Below are positions 1 to 11,559 of a stretch of 46,110 nt of DNA, piece after piece. The position numbers and the translations under genes are program-made. How positions within the stretch are numbered: the first letter of the stretch is position 1; each line of letters opens with the position of its first letter. Under the pieces are notes generated by a model. The model had not been told where the DNA came from. It did not search any database and worked only from the letters and a program-made list of their open reading frames with translations. Source of the DNA: Catajapyx aquilonaris (lineage: Eukaryota); NCBI GenBank assembly GCA_000934665.2, contig JYFJ02003126.1, forward strand, positions 1-46,110, written 5' to 3'.

Positions 1-204
1 GGCTCTTTAGAGAGTGAACAGACAATATGACATAACGTAACATAACAAAAATGCGTGTGACATGAATTGTGACATACAACAAATGCGTATGACTGTTAGC
101 TCTTGGTGTGACATGAGAATGTGACATCCAAAAAATGGGTATGACATATCGCAACGTACAAAAATTCGCTTGACATAAAAAAGTGACATTTGCGGTACAC
201 CCTG
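1..204. mobile_element. Terminus of a Tc1/mariner-type non-autonomous element with TGACAT subterminal repeats
   Basis: Ends ...GCGGTACACCCTG|TA (reverse complement TA|CAGGGTGTACCGC, a Tc1/mariner-like TIR start); repeated (G)TGACAT motifs across 1-190. Confidence 0.55.
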
Positions 205-294
205 TATCGCGGATGCTTGGAAATGTCATTCTCCCACCATGAAAACATCCAGCGGTGTTTCTGTCCTTCCCCCCCATTGCGTTGGTATGTTGTA

Positions 295-558
295 CCTAAC
301 CAAGCTCTGAACCCCTCCAAACCCGCTCCGGAACCGGGTTCAGCTCCGGTGCCATTGCCCCAACCAATCTCCGGAGCAAGCTGGCAAGCTCCCAACCAAA
401 CTCCGGACCCGCTCCGACCTTGGCACCACTCTGCTCCTGAACCGGCTTGAACCCAAACCAAACTCCGACACTCGCTCTGGACCCTGCTCTACTGCTCCAG
501 AGTGGCTTCGATGTTATCGGGTTTACAGAGCAAGGGTTCGGTTTGGTTCACAACCCTG
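295..558. mobile_element. Possible hAT-like MITE end with CTCCG/GAACC-type subterminal repeats
   Basis: Ends CAACCCTG at 551-558 (reverse complement CAGGGTTG...); short repeated motifs upstream. Partner TIR not seen. Confidence 0.35.
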
Positions 559-3500
559 ATTAGAAGGGTTTTCCAGACATGGTGGAATACATGAGGGGCT
601 GTATAAGTGGCCGATATTTAGTTCCTTTATTAGAAACTATTTTCAGCATTCGTAAAATTCAGGCAGTCACTCTTAAGGTCGAGGATAGACGTCAAGCATC
701 AGAGCCATGTGTTAAACTTTTCTTACGTACTTGGTGAGACATTTACTGATGTGTGGCATCTTAAGGTAATGAAAACCAGAACATCCTATCTTTAATAGTA
801 ACCACACATGAGCATTTTTTCAAAACCATTTCAAGCACACTTTTTTTGCTTGATGTGGTGAAGAAAAATGAGTGTAAATCCAAGATGGCAACAGTTTTAA
901 AGATTACGAAAGGAGTTTCGAGTAAGTCAGTATTAAGGCCACCTATGATGAAAATATTAAAAATTAACAAAATAGTCGAGCAACCACTTAGTATAAAATT
1001 GGGCAATTTCACATGGAATACCTTAGTGAATTCCCCAGGGTGGTTAATGCAACTGAAATTGCACCCAAGACAGATCCGGAAATGACCCAACTCCGCACGA
1101 GATGGAAGGGGGGAAAGCCCGCACTTGGGGTCATGCCTTGCAGTATGAGTTTTTATTATGCAAACTTCCGGTGTTAGTCAAGAGCATACATTATTCCTTA
1201 CAATCATCGTGAGGGAAAGCAGTGAACTGTGACTGTAATGGGTCCCAGATTCCCCAGAAATTTCACCATAATGGCATTTTGCTTGGTCATGATGACACTT
1301 TTAAAGTTGTTGTTGTTGTCATGTGTATTAGAAACCTGTGGTGCATGAAATTTTTTTGCATAACGAAATTATTCTCGTACAGATTGATCTTGCTCCTTGT
1401 CGTAGGCGGAAATGTTTGGGCTCCACACAAATGGGTGTTATTAAATATCTTGCAAGTGATGTCAGTAATGGTCGATGATTTTTGTATGCCTTTGTGACTG
1501 TTGTGCAATAATGATATATTATGGGCAAATTAGTTGAATGTGAGAAGCATGTTCTACAGTGCAGACAATGGGTCCAAATATTTCAAATGCTGAGTTCTGA
1601 GCCATGGCAGATCATTTTTTGCACGTTCAGTTTCTAATAAATTAGCAAAATTTGCACTGATCACTCTTCTGGTGTACAGGCTCAAATGCAACCTCACAGG
1701 GTGAGTCAAAACTAGCTTGGAAAAAATGGGGTTGAACCATTGACCTTGGATAGAGTCAAAATGGGATGATCTTGAACTCAAAATTTAATTGTTACCTGGA
1801 GATTGAAGGGATGCCTCTGTAAAATTGGGAAGAAATAAGTACTCGTTAAGCAGTGCACTGTAAAAGAACATTGCTGAGGGAAAAAGGGAATAATGTTGAT
1901 TGTTGTGTCCGATTAAGAATGCTGGTGCTTAATTATTGACAGTGTGACTTACTGATATTTTCAGACAAAAGCATCACAGACGGCTACCACAAAATGGTGG
2001 GACACCTTGGAGGAACCTCACTTACCACCTCTCAACAATTCAACAAGATGGGCGCTGGCAAAGGTGTTGCTTCCTAATGGGACTGCAATGAGTGTGTCGC
2101 AGCTGAGTGAGGCGACATGAGTGGGACTACTGGTCTCCGTCGAATGGAACTGGCCATTACCTGTGACATGAAACTTCAGCTTGGGGTGACAATGGTGATT
2201 AGCATCATCCATCAATGCACAGGTACGGTGTCTTAGCGTGTCAATGTTTCTTTCAGGTGAAAGTTGCTGTAATTTACTGTAGCAATATCATTACCATGTG
2301 CTAAGGAATTGACGGCTAGGGACTTATTAACTGCAACAATCAGTCAGGGGTACAATGGACTAGTGCTTATTCCACAGGCCAGCCAATTGGGAGGACTTGG
2401 ATTTTGGTAGTGTAGTGGAAGATTTTGAAGTGTGGTACTTGCTGGGCACTCGACAGCTGTTACAGGGTGGTATTCAGCCACAGTGGATGATGTGACGAGG
2501 GAGGGAGGGAGACAGTTGATGATGTAATCACGCCTTAGCTTTAGTTCTGACTAGGCCATTTTTTGAAGTTTCAACATCTGATTGATGCTCTTTTTTTTCT
2601 GAAGTATTTCTTGCCTGAGTGCTGCATGTGCACAGGAAGTTGACTTTTATCACATTACACCATCTACCACTAATTTTCTTTCCACTTTTTGAGACGTATG
2701 CAGCTGCACTTTCATGTAAAGTTAATTAATCCCTGTTGCATGATGGCCACAGGGATTGAGGCTTTACGAGACCAATTCAGCTGCTAGTTTTGGCAATTTA
2801 TAGTACATAGATAATTACGGAAAATGCTCATTGTTCATGTTTCACAGGCAAGTAAAATTTGGTGCACAATAGAGGAGGCAAATACTGAAAATGCATTGAG
2901 ATGAGACTGTATTGCATATACTGATGAGACTGTATTGCATATACCATTGCATTAACTTGCCCCATTATTCCTGCATGGGCTGTCAACTTTGGCAGGGCTT
3001 GACTGTGCATGCAGGGCTTTATTACTTACAACAAACAGCAAAGGCTGGTAGGAGTGGTCCAAGAGTAACAACTTTAGTAAAGGGATCAGTATCATTATTA
3101 TTTTCATTAGAGTGCTTCATACGTAGGTGCTGCAAAAAACCTGTACTGGTAGATTGTCCTCATGTCCATGCCAACCAAGGGCCTGACTGGTGGAGTTAGG
3201 TTGTTGCCTGCATGCAGTGTTGTGAAGCATACCTTGGATTTTTCCAAGGTCAAATGAGCCAGGGGCCATAGGGTTCATGCGTAGGATGTTTGTGACGTAC
3301 AAAATTTCTGGAACGAAATGAACACAGTTTGGGCTACATTTTTTAAGCAAGGAAACTGTCATGATAATAATTATTATTGTAATTTATATTTATAATTTTT
3401 GGAATAGGGTTTTATTGGCACTTTTTCTGTTGTGGTGAATATGTGAAGACTGAAAATTAATGCAGCCTCTCTTCTTTTCAGATTTCCAAGGACTGACCAA

Positions 3501-3712
3501 CATGTCATCACATCTGGGTCCATTGAACCATTTTTTCCCCTATGGTGAGCCGGCAGACATGCCATGCCCTGCCGGCTTCACCTCACGGACAAATGTCCCC
3601 TGACTCGCATCGGCCTCCAAACCTATCCTGTCCCCTGCTCTTTTCCCTCCAAAAACCTTCAAGGCCAGAGTCGGCCAACTCTGGCTCGACCTCCACAAGG
3701 TCCGCGCCTTGG

Positions 3713-3722
3713 CTATAAAAAA
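3713..3722 (+). promoter_or_regulatory. TATA-box-like CTATAAAAAA inside the loop of an 11-bp GC-rich inverted repeat
   Basis: CCGCGCCTTGG (3702-3712) / CCAAGGCGCGG (3729-3739) flank CTATAAAAAAGCAGCA; pyrimidine-rich Inr-like CACTCTCACTTC about 30 nt downstream. Confidence 0.4.
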
Positions 3723-3821
3723 GCAGCACCAAGGCGCGGGCACTCTCACTTCATCTGCAGCCTTCAACCAGGAACGACCAACCACCGAGCTCCGTAGCAG
3801 GCAGCAGCACTTCAGACAACC

Positions 3822-3837
3822 GGTCCTTTTCAGGACC
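3822..3837 (+). terminator. Histone mRNA 3' stem-loop consensus, copy 1
   Basis: GGTCCT-TTTC-AGGACC, 6-bp stem and 4-nt loop, with A/C-rich flanks (ACAACC...AACC); matches the metazoan replication-dependent histone stem-loop. Confidence 0.8.
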
Positions 3838-3849
3838 AACCTTACAAAC

Positions 3850-3865
3850 GGCCCTTTTCAGGGCC
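3850..3865 (+). terminator. Histone mRNA 3' stem-loop consensus, copy 2
   Basis: GGCCCT-TTTC-AGGGCC with ACAAAC...AACA flanks; purine-rich AGTAAAGGG about 13 nt downstream (possible histone downstream element). Confidence 0.8.
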
Positions 3866-4299
3866 AACACGAGCATCAGTAAAGGGTCACCAAACCCCTA
3901 CTTTTTTTTGGGTGCTTTATTACAATAAGTTGCAAGCAATCTCACCAGCATATTGACTACTGCCAGTATGCTTGCCCTATTCAATATAGTAATATTTGCT
4001 TGGAAACAAAGCGAGGGGTTCGTAAAAAAAAAAGCACACAAGTATCATGGAGCAGCATACCAACCTTGCTCCATGACTCACATGTGACTATTGACAAAGC
4101 CAACGTTCCCGCCCTTGACTTGTATGGAAGGACCTGGTGGACGGCATGAGGAGGAGGCCTGTGGGAAAGAGGGAAGTGAAGGGCATCAATCCCCCAACCA
4201 TCAAGAGATCCCTTGCGGGGTACTGGCGGGGACAACGTGAGGGTGGCAGTTGGGAAGGACACCCATGGGCTTGGTTGCCGCCATCATTTGAGATGACTA

Positions 4300-4480
4300 G
4301 AAGTCCTCTTTTCTGTCTGTGTGAGGATACAAAATTATCCAAGAACAAGTCATGTGGGAATTTCACTTGGGCTGGTTGGTTGTGTTGTTTCCTTTGCTGG
4401 GCAAAATTCTCACAGGAATTATTTTGTGTGCGCTGGTGCAGAAAAACAAGTTGAATGAGATTTGGACATGACCTTTGCAT
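4300..4480 (-). mobile_element. Possible errantivirus/F-type envelope fragment ending at a furin site
   Basis: ...LDNFVSSHRQKRGLL: an RxKR-GL motif like gypsy env and baculovirus F cleavage sites; only the motif supports the call. Confidence 0.3.
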
Positions 4481-4778
4481 GTCAGGCTCGTTGGTTGTGT
4501 TGTTTACTTTTTATCTCGCTAGACGACCAAACTTTTTTCTATAGTTGCAAGACTAGTAACTGCATTAAGTGCAACACATGTAATAAGCAGACTTGATAAT
4601 TTACTCCAGCCCAGTAGTAGTCATTTCACATGAAGGTGATCCTTCGCATCACATTTCGACAGGTGCTATTGTATTAAGTTGGGGGTTACATTGTTGCAAC
4701 CTCACGAACAAGTGTCATCCAAAATGGTGTCCAAAGCAAAACAGGTGTCCTACAGTTTCCTCTGGTAATTTGCTAATA

Positions 4779-5326
4779 CAGTAGATTCCCGATACCTCGA
4801 AATTCTCGATAAGTCGAAGAAAATCTTGGACGTGGACGATTCTCCATATACTGTAATGCAAATTGCATTCCGATAACTTGAGTGTGTATAACTCGTTTTT
4901 CTCGATAAGTCGAATACATTTTGTGAACTCTGCAGCACTTTCGCTGTTAATAAGTCGAATTCTGTCAGCACCAGGGAATTTCCAAGTTGAGAAAGGCAGT
5001 TGAGCCATCTTTTTCGTGCCATCCGCGCGGAGCAGCTCCCAGCCACCCAACCTCCACCCCACCACCCAAAATTCCCCCTCCGGAGTGGTCACAAATGCCC
5101 TAGGATCGCTGTGGCTTCACCTGGCACGGGAGGGTGTACTCAAAACGGCTACCTTTTTCTTTACGAAGATTGCACGTCTAGCGGTCACTTGCAATCGTGG
5201 CCCAATAGCGCGATGCATACTGTAGGTGTTTAATTTGTGTGGGTGCTGTTTTCCCCACCATATTCGATAAGTCGAATTTTTTTTTTGGTCGGTCCCATGG
5301 TGGTTCGAGTTATCGGGATTCGACTG
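4779..5326. mobile_element. pogo/Tigger-type (Tc1/mariner) MITE
   Basis: Imperfect TIRs TA|CAGTAGATTCCCGATACCTCGAA and TTCGAGTTATCGGGATTCGACTG; internal repeats of (TCG)ATAAGTCGAA near 4806, 4902, 4950 and 5264; right-hand TA not preserved. Confidence 0.75.
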
Positions 5327-5329
5327 CCA

Positions 5330-5491
5330 CATCTCCACCACTGTTGATGGCCCACTTGGATGTGGTGGCCCCTGGTCTGCAGCCAAGCGTCAAGTTCAGT
5401 GTCTCGTATAATGGTGCCATGTTGCGGCCCATGCCACTCACTGGGTTGGCTGTCCTGGCCTTTGAATAGGCAGCTTTGAGTGCCATCCACC
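5330..5491 (-). mobile_element. Myb/SANT-like (trihelix) exon typical of PIF/Harbinger ORF2
   Basis: WMALKAAYSKARTANPVSGMGRNMAPLYETLNLTLGCRP, preceded by the splice acceptor TATTTTAG|G. Confidence 0.7.
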
Positions 5492-5944
5492 TAAAATATA
5501 GAACAAGAATCACTGAATGAAACTACTTGAAAATTTCCCATTGAGACGTTGGGTTCATTAAGCATGAGTAATAAAATCATGTACTGCTCCCCCTGACAGG
5601 TAGTTTGCCCTTGGAAGCTATTGTTGTACTGTTGGGCTTACAAGACTGTTAGCTGCATGTGCATTATGCTAGTGTATCACATACCATTTGAAGCATTTCT
5701 CACGACAGTGCCCAACCACAGTAGGGACGGCCTTTCTCTTATTCTGCAGAGCTTCCTCCAAGTCTTGGCTGGGTCTACTACGTTTCCTCGTAACTGATTT
5801 GTTTGCCTTGCACAGGCCCTCGGCTACACGTGACTTGAAAACAAACAAGGGCAAGTTGGCTACTTTCGGCGCATTGTTTTGCTGCTGGACCCTCCCTAAA
5901 CAAAAACCATGCATTGACCACTGATAAATCCACCAAATGAGTGA

Positions 5945-6600
5945 TACCTTTTTCCTCTGTTCAATCAGTGCGAAGTCTCTGTCTAAGCTGTGCCCCGTAG
6001 TCATGAACTTCTGTTCTATGCTTGTAAAGAAGCGCTTCTGCTCAAGTAGAACGAAGACACACAGCATCCTCCAGTTGTTGTTTTGGCCAACACACCTGTC
6101 TGACCACACGATCAGTTTTCTTTCCTCATGTGGTTGTAGCGGGCAGTACTTGTTCGTGATGTACTTCAGCAAGCAAGATGCAATTTCAGCTGGCCTTCCA
6201 TTCGTCTCGTGCCAAACACAAATTGTACTAGTGTCGTTCCACAATCACGTATTCCATAGTTGTACGTACTATACAACCTCTGATAGAATACCCTAGAATG
6301 TGTAAGTTGTGGACAGAGAAGTACCTGCTGCATGTCTACGCAAAGTACAATGACATTGTCATTATCTCTAGTAATATCGATATCAGCAGCCAGTTGATGG
6401 TACGCTTTCTCTGCTTTTCTGTGATGTAGTTCCGATTGCTGAAGGATTGCAGGTCATGCGGGTCCGTCTTTATTCTGCAGTTGCATGAAAAGTTTGTCGC
6501 ATGTGGAACAAGTGTCGGTCCTGGGTTGACCAAATCGCTACTTGAATTCAGAATTGAAGATATCTCGGTAGATGCAAAACTTTTGGTAACGCATGCACTT
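5945..6600 (-). mobile_element. Sola1-type transposase core fragment (frameshifted)
   Basis: Motifs FGQPRTDTCSTCD, VDMQQVLLCP, WSDRCVGQNNN and GHS..DRDFALIE in the expected order. Confidence 0.8.
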
Positions 6601-7139
6601 GCTGCAGATCAAACTGTCATTGTCATATCTGCGAAGTGCAGGCCATCGATAAGACGCTGTTGACATTGTGCTGCCAAATTCTGGCCCAGCAGGAAATGGC
6701 ACATATTTATCTGCACAACCTACCTTGCTTTTTTCGCCTCTTATCGTCTTCCTTTTTCGGGTCATTTAGGGGCAGTGATGGCATGGCCATCCTACACCTC
6801 TTTCCCATGGCGCTTTCGAGTAGGGGAAACCCAACAAGCACTGCAGCCTGTGGGTCCCTGCAAAACCACAAAATGAAATTGCTGGTTGCTTTATAGGCAA
6901 AGAGAGTTCCTGTGGCATCTACAAAATTATTGGGCACAATCACACAATCATATCATGCAATGCTTCAACATGGCATAAAGAGTAAATAATACAATATTAC
7001 ATGCAGTACAGCAAGACGTATTTAAGTTACATCAGAGCTGAAATTCTTCACGACAGCCAGCCATGAAGATTATGTATCAACGACTCATCCCAGTATATAT
7101 GAATTCATCCTGTCTCAGAAGCAAGGGTCACCTTACCTG

Positions 7140-7438
7140 GCACCCTCCTCGTCGAAAATCGTTCTTAACGACTTTGCTGGCTCATTCTCCGCTCGTCTCT
7201 TGCAAGAGGCGAGGAAAGCCCGCTTACTTGCCTCAGTTGGAACCGAATCGAGATTGTGGCCGGTTTGGCCTGCTGGCACGAAAGTGCCATCTAAAAGGAG
7301 ATGTGCCGCCCCTCCACAATCACGATTTATGCACCTCAAGTAAGTTGTGCCATTCGTAAGGGACACCTTGTTCTTTCTGTAAAGGAACCCTTCAAAAACG
7401 TATTGGTGCGAACCACGTCGCAGGCCTTCCTGTTTCAT
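7140..7438 (-). mobile_element. FLYWCH-type zinc finger fragment (MULE-associated)
   Basis: RRGSHQYVFEGFLYRKNK...TYLRCINRDCGG...GHN. Confidence 0.75.
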
Positions 7439-7579
7439 ATCGAAGCTGAAAGAGAGGGAGCAGAAAATCAGATCAGTATGTGTTCGCCTGACATTGTGAA
7501 ATAACGGTGAAAAATTGTTGAGGTGACGGGTAAGTCAGGCTAGTGTGGAATGTCGCTTACTATACTTACTTTGATTACT

Positions 7580-7880
7580 ATATTTCATGTCCTTCATAAC
7601 TCCCCTGTACACCTCATAACTGCATTTGACCTCTGCGCCTTCATCTGTGTCCTTAAAATCATTGTACATGGACCCTATGCTTAGTTCAGGTAGCAGATAA
7701 CGCCGACACGGGGCATGTTCGCGGCGATAATGGGATACAGCCGGTTTGTACTTCATGATATGGCTTCTAATGGCATCTTTGTTGATTAGTGCACCACCTC
7801 TGAAGCGTCCTCGTTGGTCTCGACCTGGCGCGCCAGTGTGAGGGTCAACAGTTTTGAAGGTTTCCATTATGATGCTTGTA
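7580..7880 (-). mobile_element. Sola1-type transposase fragment
   Basis: DQRG...IRSHI....SHYRR....RYLLPELSIGSMY. Confidence 0.75.
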
Positions 7881-7884
7881 TTTC

Positions 7885-8641
7885 CGTAGCCAATAGTTCC
7901 TCCGGGGCGTCGGACAGTGATGAGTCGAGGTGAAATTGTTTCGACTATAACTTTCGTGCCGTTCACCAAGCGGTCACCGAAATTGAGGTTGCGAATGATG
8001 AGCGCAACGCAGCCCTTCTTCATTGTCAGCACGTGATCAGGGACACCTTTTCCCGTGGCCAGGTGAAGGGTTTCCACTTGTATGTCGAAAGCCTCTGCAT
8101 CCTCTGTTTCGTCCATGTATTCGGCGCTGTACAGCCGATGAGCGTCTCCATCCAGCATATTCAGAACACGCTCGTTGACATCTCTCACATTGCAGTTATG
8201 AGTGCAGAGAACAACCCTCTTTGCAACTTCGTTGGGATCCATCAGCACGTGAGGTGGAAACACGAAACCGATGAGATCGCCAACTGACGTGCAAGTCTTG
8301 AGACCTTCGAGGGGAATTAACGATTGCGTGTCCCTTCCCTCGCCAAAAAGACGTTCAGACACCTTCCCCTCCCCGACCCGAAGCAGGAACGACGAGTAGG
8401 CCCCATCTCCTCTCGTTCGCTGTGCTGACGTCAACCGGAAGACCTTCATTGTTGGCCACAAGAAGGAAGCCCTGAAGGACACCGCAATGACATCGGAAGG
8501 GGTCCTGGCGTCAGGAACGACAGGCGGGATCTGCCTGAAGTCACCGGCGAAAATGACAATTTTGCCGCCGAAAGGTTCTCTAGACTGCATGAGATCCCTT
8601 AGTGACCTGTCCAGAATCTCCAGTAGAAACCTGTGCGCCAT
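7885..8641 (-). mobile_element. Helitron PIF1-family helicase fragment
   Basis: LDRSLRDLM..PFGGKIVIFAGDFRQIPPVV and PDHVLTMKKGCVALIIRNLNFGDRLVNGT. Confidence 0.9.
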
Positions 8642-9229
8642 CGGGCTTCATCGAAGATTATCAATGAATCCTCGCGGACAAGTTCAGCACGCTGCGAGCC
8701 GTTGGAGAGGCTCCCAAAAACCCGAACCATCACCTAGTTTTGTATGGGGCTCGTCTCAGCTCTCCCTTCTGCTACTTGTAGGTCAACCCATGCAGACTGT
8801 CGTCGTTAGGTGGCTGACAACGGCAGCATCTGCACAATGACCAAAATGGTCCCTTGAGCCTTTGCTGATCGGGATGAGGCCCCTCCTCATGACTCTTCGT
8901 CGTCTTATTATCAGCCGACGATGCCTTGACGGCCTGTTTCTCACTTTGGTCCATATCCGAAGAAGAAGGACACACTACCGGGTCGTCAGGGGTCCGAAAA
9001 TCTTAAAAAGATGAAGAAGAAAAAATCGACAGATGTTGGTTCCTGACAAAAAGGTTTATTACATATTCATACAATATCAACTCTATACTTTAAAACAACA
9101 TGTTGCATTTTCCTGATCTGATAAATGCTGAGGGGCAGAAAATGCTGTAATTTAGCAGAACATCAGCTTATGCCTACACACTGTTCGCTCAAAACAAAAG
9201 AGTGCGTAAGATTGTCAAATAAACCCTCA

Positions 9230-9540
9230 TAGTCGTACAGAATGAATTAGGTTCAGCGTCTGCCATGACAATCTTGTGAATGACTCCAAATACATAAACA
9301 CCATTTTTTGCTTGCATTATAATAATTGCAGTACCCTTCCAGTATGTGGTGCCTTTCACATTAACAGATTTCACACATGACATCATGGTAACATTAGCAC
9401 AATTTGGTACCAACTTCAAGAAATTCTCATTCCTTGTTTTGACTGGCACACTTTTTGATGCTAATACCTTATCACGGAAGTCTCCTTTGCTAATATGCAA
9501 GTAGCTTTGTCGAATATTATGTTTCTTAGCCAATGTTTCA
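9230..9540 (-). mobile_element. EnSpm/CACTA-like transposase C-terminal fragment
   Basis: TLAKKHNIRQSY followed by VNVKGTTY..G....FGVIHKI. Confidence 0.55.
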
Positions 9541-9989
9541 GAGTTATTATTACTCACCTGTGATCTTCTTTAACAGCAAGTCCTGGAGGTTCAAATTTAG
9601 GTCTCTATGTGCTGTACATTCTTGGTTTTGTAGTCTATATGCTGACAAGTAAGTGAACATTGCGGGGCTTATTAAGACAAATTCTAAACGATTGCTCATG
9701 GTATGAGTATATCATATGCAAAATCTTCGTGTGGCCCGTAACACACCGTGTTTGAAAATTAAGTTCACATCCGCATCTGCAAAAATTTCACTGACGCTAT
9801 TTTCCCCCATGCTCTCACCTGTACAAGTGAGAAAAATTACACAATTTGAAAGCTAATTTAATGGGCTGCCCAGTTTCCCCACCATGCTATTGCATAACTA
9901 TGTTTCAAATATTAAAACGAGATGACTGAGGCAAATGTCCACCAAATAATCACAGTAATGGCTGTGAGCTACAATTTCATGGCCACGTG

Positions 9990-10270
9990 ATCTGGAGTAC
10001 TGATTCTCGTACTGTGGGTATGTGTGCCCGAATTAGTTCCTTTGCATCACTTGTTACTGCTCTCGGACGATTCTTGTGCTTGCCGCGCATGTCAGTTGGT
10101 GACGTGTCCCCAGCTTTTAATCTTAAGTTGTAGGCACCGCTGGCTCTTGTGGTAGCAGTGACATTGCAGAGTGTCTTCTGGCATACAGGTTTCCTTTCCT
10201 CTGATATTAGCATGCTGTATTGAAAGGTTTTCTGACGTCGCGTGGTTTCTTTGCCAGGAGTACGGCGGGC
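9990..10270 (-). mobile_element. Sola1-type transposase N-terminal fragment
   Basis: PVCQKTLC...DMRGKHKNRP...LIRAHI. Confidence 0.7.
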
Positions 10271-11008
10271 CGGTTCATTTCAAGGCATGTGTGTAGGTAT
10301 CTAGTTTGTCCATTACCGTCAAGGGCATAGATATCTTGGAAAATCTTCTCGCGTTCTTTTGAGAACAGTTACGTAGATTAATAATGAGTCGTTTTGTTGG
10401 TAGTGACAGAGGTGAGAGGAGATAGAGCACCAAGTGAAAATCATATTTAATTTGTTTATGTAGCACGTGTGTTAGATTTTGCTAGACTCTGTCTGTCTTT
10501 TTCCATAGTTGCGTGTATTATCTTCTGAACTAAATCGTTTATTAAGCCAGCCTCAATTGGAGTGGTGTAAGTTTTTTTCCCAAGATTTAGGGCATAATTC
10601 TTGCACCAAACTCAATAATAACACTGCGTCCTACCTTCTGAACCCTCAGTGTGGCTTTGCATGTAATCTTTGTCGTTAGTGTAGCTAGAGTCACTTCCGA
10701 TATCGGTCTCACTGGCGCTTGGCGTGGTCTGACTCATTGTCCGCCATCTTAGAAGTGGGTTAGGCAACTGTGACATGCAGAAAATGGCCGCAAGGGGGCA
10801 TTGCCTAACACCTTTTGAGGATGGTAATGGGCCTGGAAAAATATTCCGCATAGAGAAAAAATATTGCAACTTTTTTTTGCGATGCGTGCAGAAATTTTGC
10901 TATCTGAAGTATTACTCCATTTCAAGGGAAAAATTAACTATAAATAAAAATAGGTTAGTCGATACATTTAATGACCTTATAATTACATGTTAAATGTAAC
11001 AAATGGCT

Positions 11009-11428
11009 TTAACTTACTGTCTGTCTCAATTGCTGTAAAATTCTTCGAAGCAATTTGGCTCTTTTTGAAAACACGAAAATGTCTTGGCACTTTTTACAGG
11101 ATACATAAGACTTGCCTGGGCAATTCTTGCACCTGTTGCGGTTCGAGTTCCATACCGGCATATGTCCCACGCCATCAGTTCTGATGTCCTTGTTTGCGAT
11201 CGAAGACGTCCTTTTCTTATTTACTGGCCTGGTGATGGGACTTCCTGCACGCTTCGGCTTTCCCCCTGGAACTCCCTCAGGGCCATCACTTTTGTGACAT
11301 TTAGCTGGGGCATTTACTATGGAAACAGTGATGGTATGCCACCAAATGTATAAGTACCACCTCCTGGAGCGGATGGGGTACTTGTACAGTGAGGTGAGCA
11401 TGTCTAGAAGGTCAATCCCCCCATGAAC
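11009..11428 (-). mobile_element. piggyBac transposase C-terminal fragment (internally deleted)
   Basis: MG(fs)IDLLDMLTSLY....RRWY...VNA joined to the Cys-rich tail DIRTDGVGHMP...RCKNC...SCKKC. Confidence 0.85.
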
Positions 11429-11559
11429 GTATTATACTCTTGTGACCGGTTTGATGGCGCATACGATAGTGGGTAATGTCCAAGCAGATTTATTGCCGTT
11501 AGGGTTCGGGAGGAAGGGAAAAAGGGATAGGTGTATGATAAGCGTGCCACGGTGACTGA

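Noticed and set aside
190..461. Pro-rich and Gly-rich ORFs on both strands
   Set aside because: Produced by GC-rich subterminal repeats of a putative MITE.
761..1090. LINE endonuclease (IFIIGGLNTDLL resembling GDLN)
   Set aside because: Single degenerate motif with no other APE motifs recognised.
2900..2945. 23-bp tandem duplication GATGAGACTGTATTGCATATAC(T)
   Set aside because: Only two units; ordinary slippage or repair duplication.
3702..3739. CRESS-virus replication origin
   Set aside because: The stem fits, but the loop lacks a NANTATTAC nonanucleotide and no Rep is nearby.
7885..8641. Whole mosaic as cargo of one giant Helitron
   Set aside because: The helicase is itself a fragment and I found no convincing TC start or hairpin-CTRR end; not excluded beyond the window edges.
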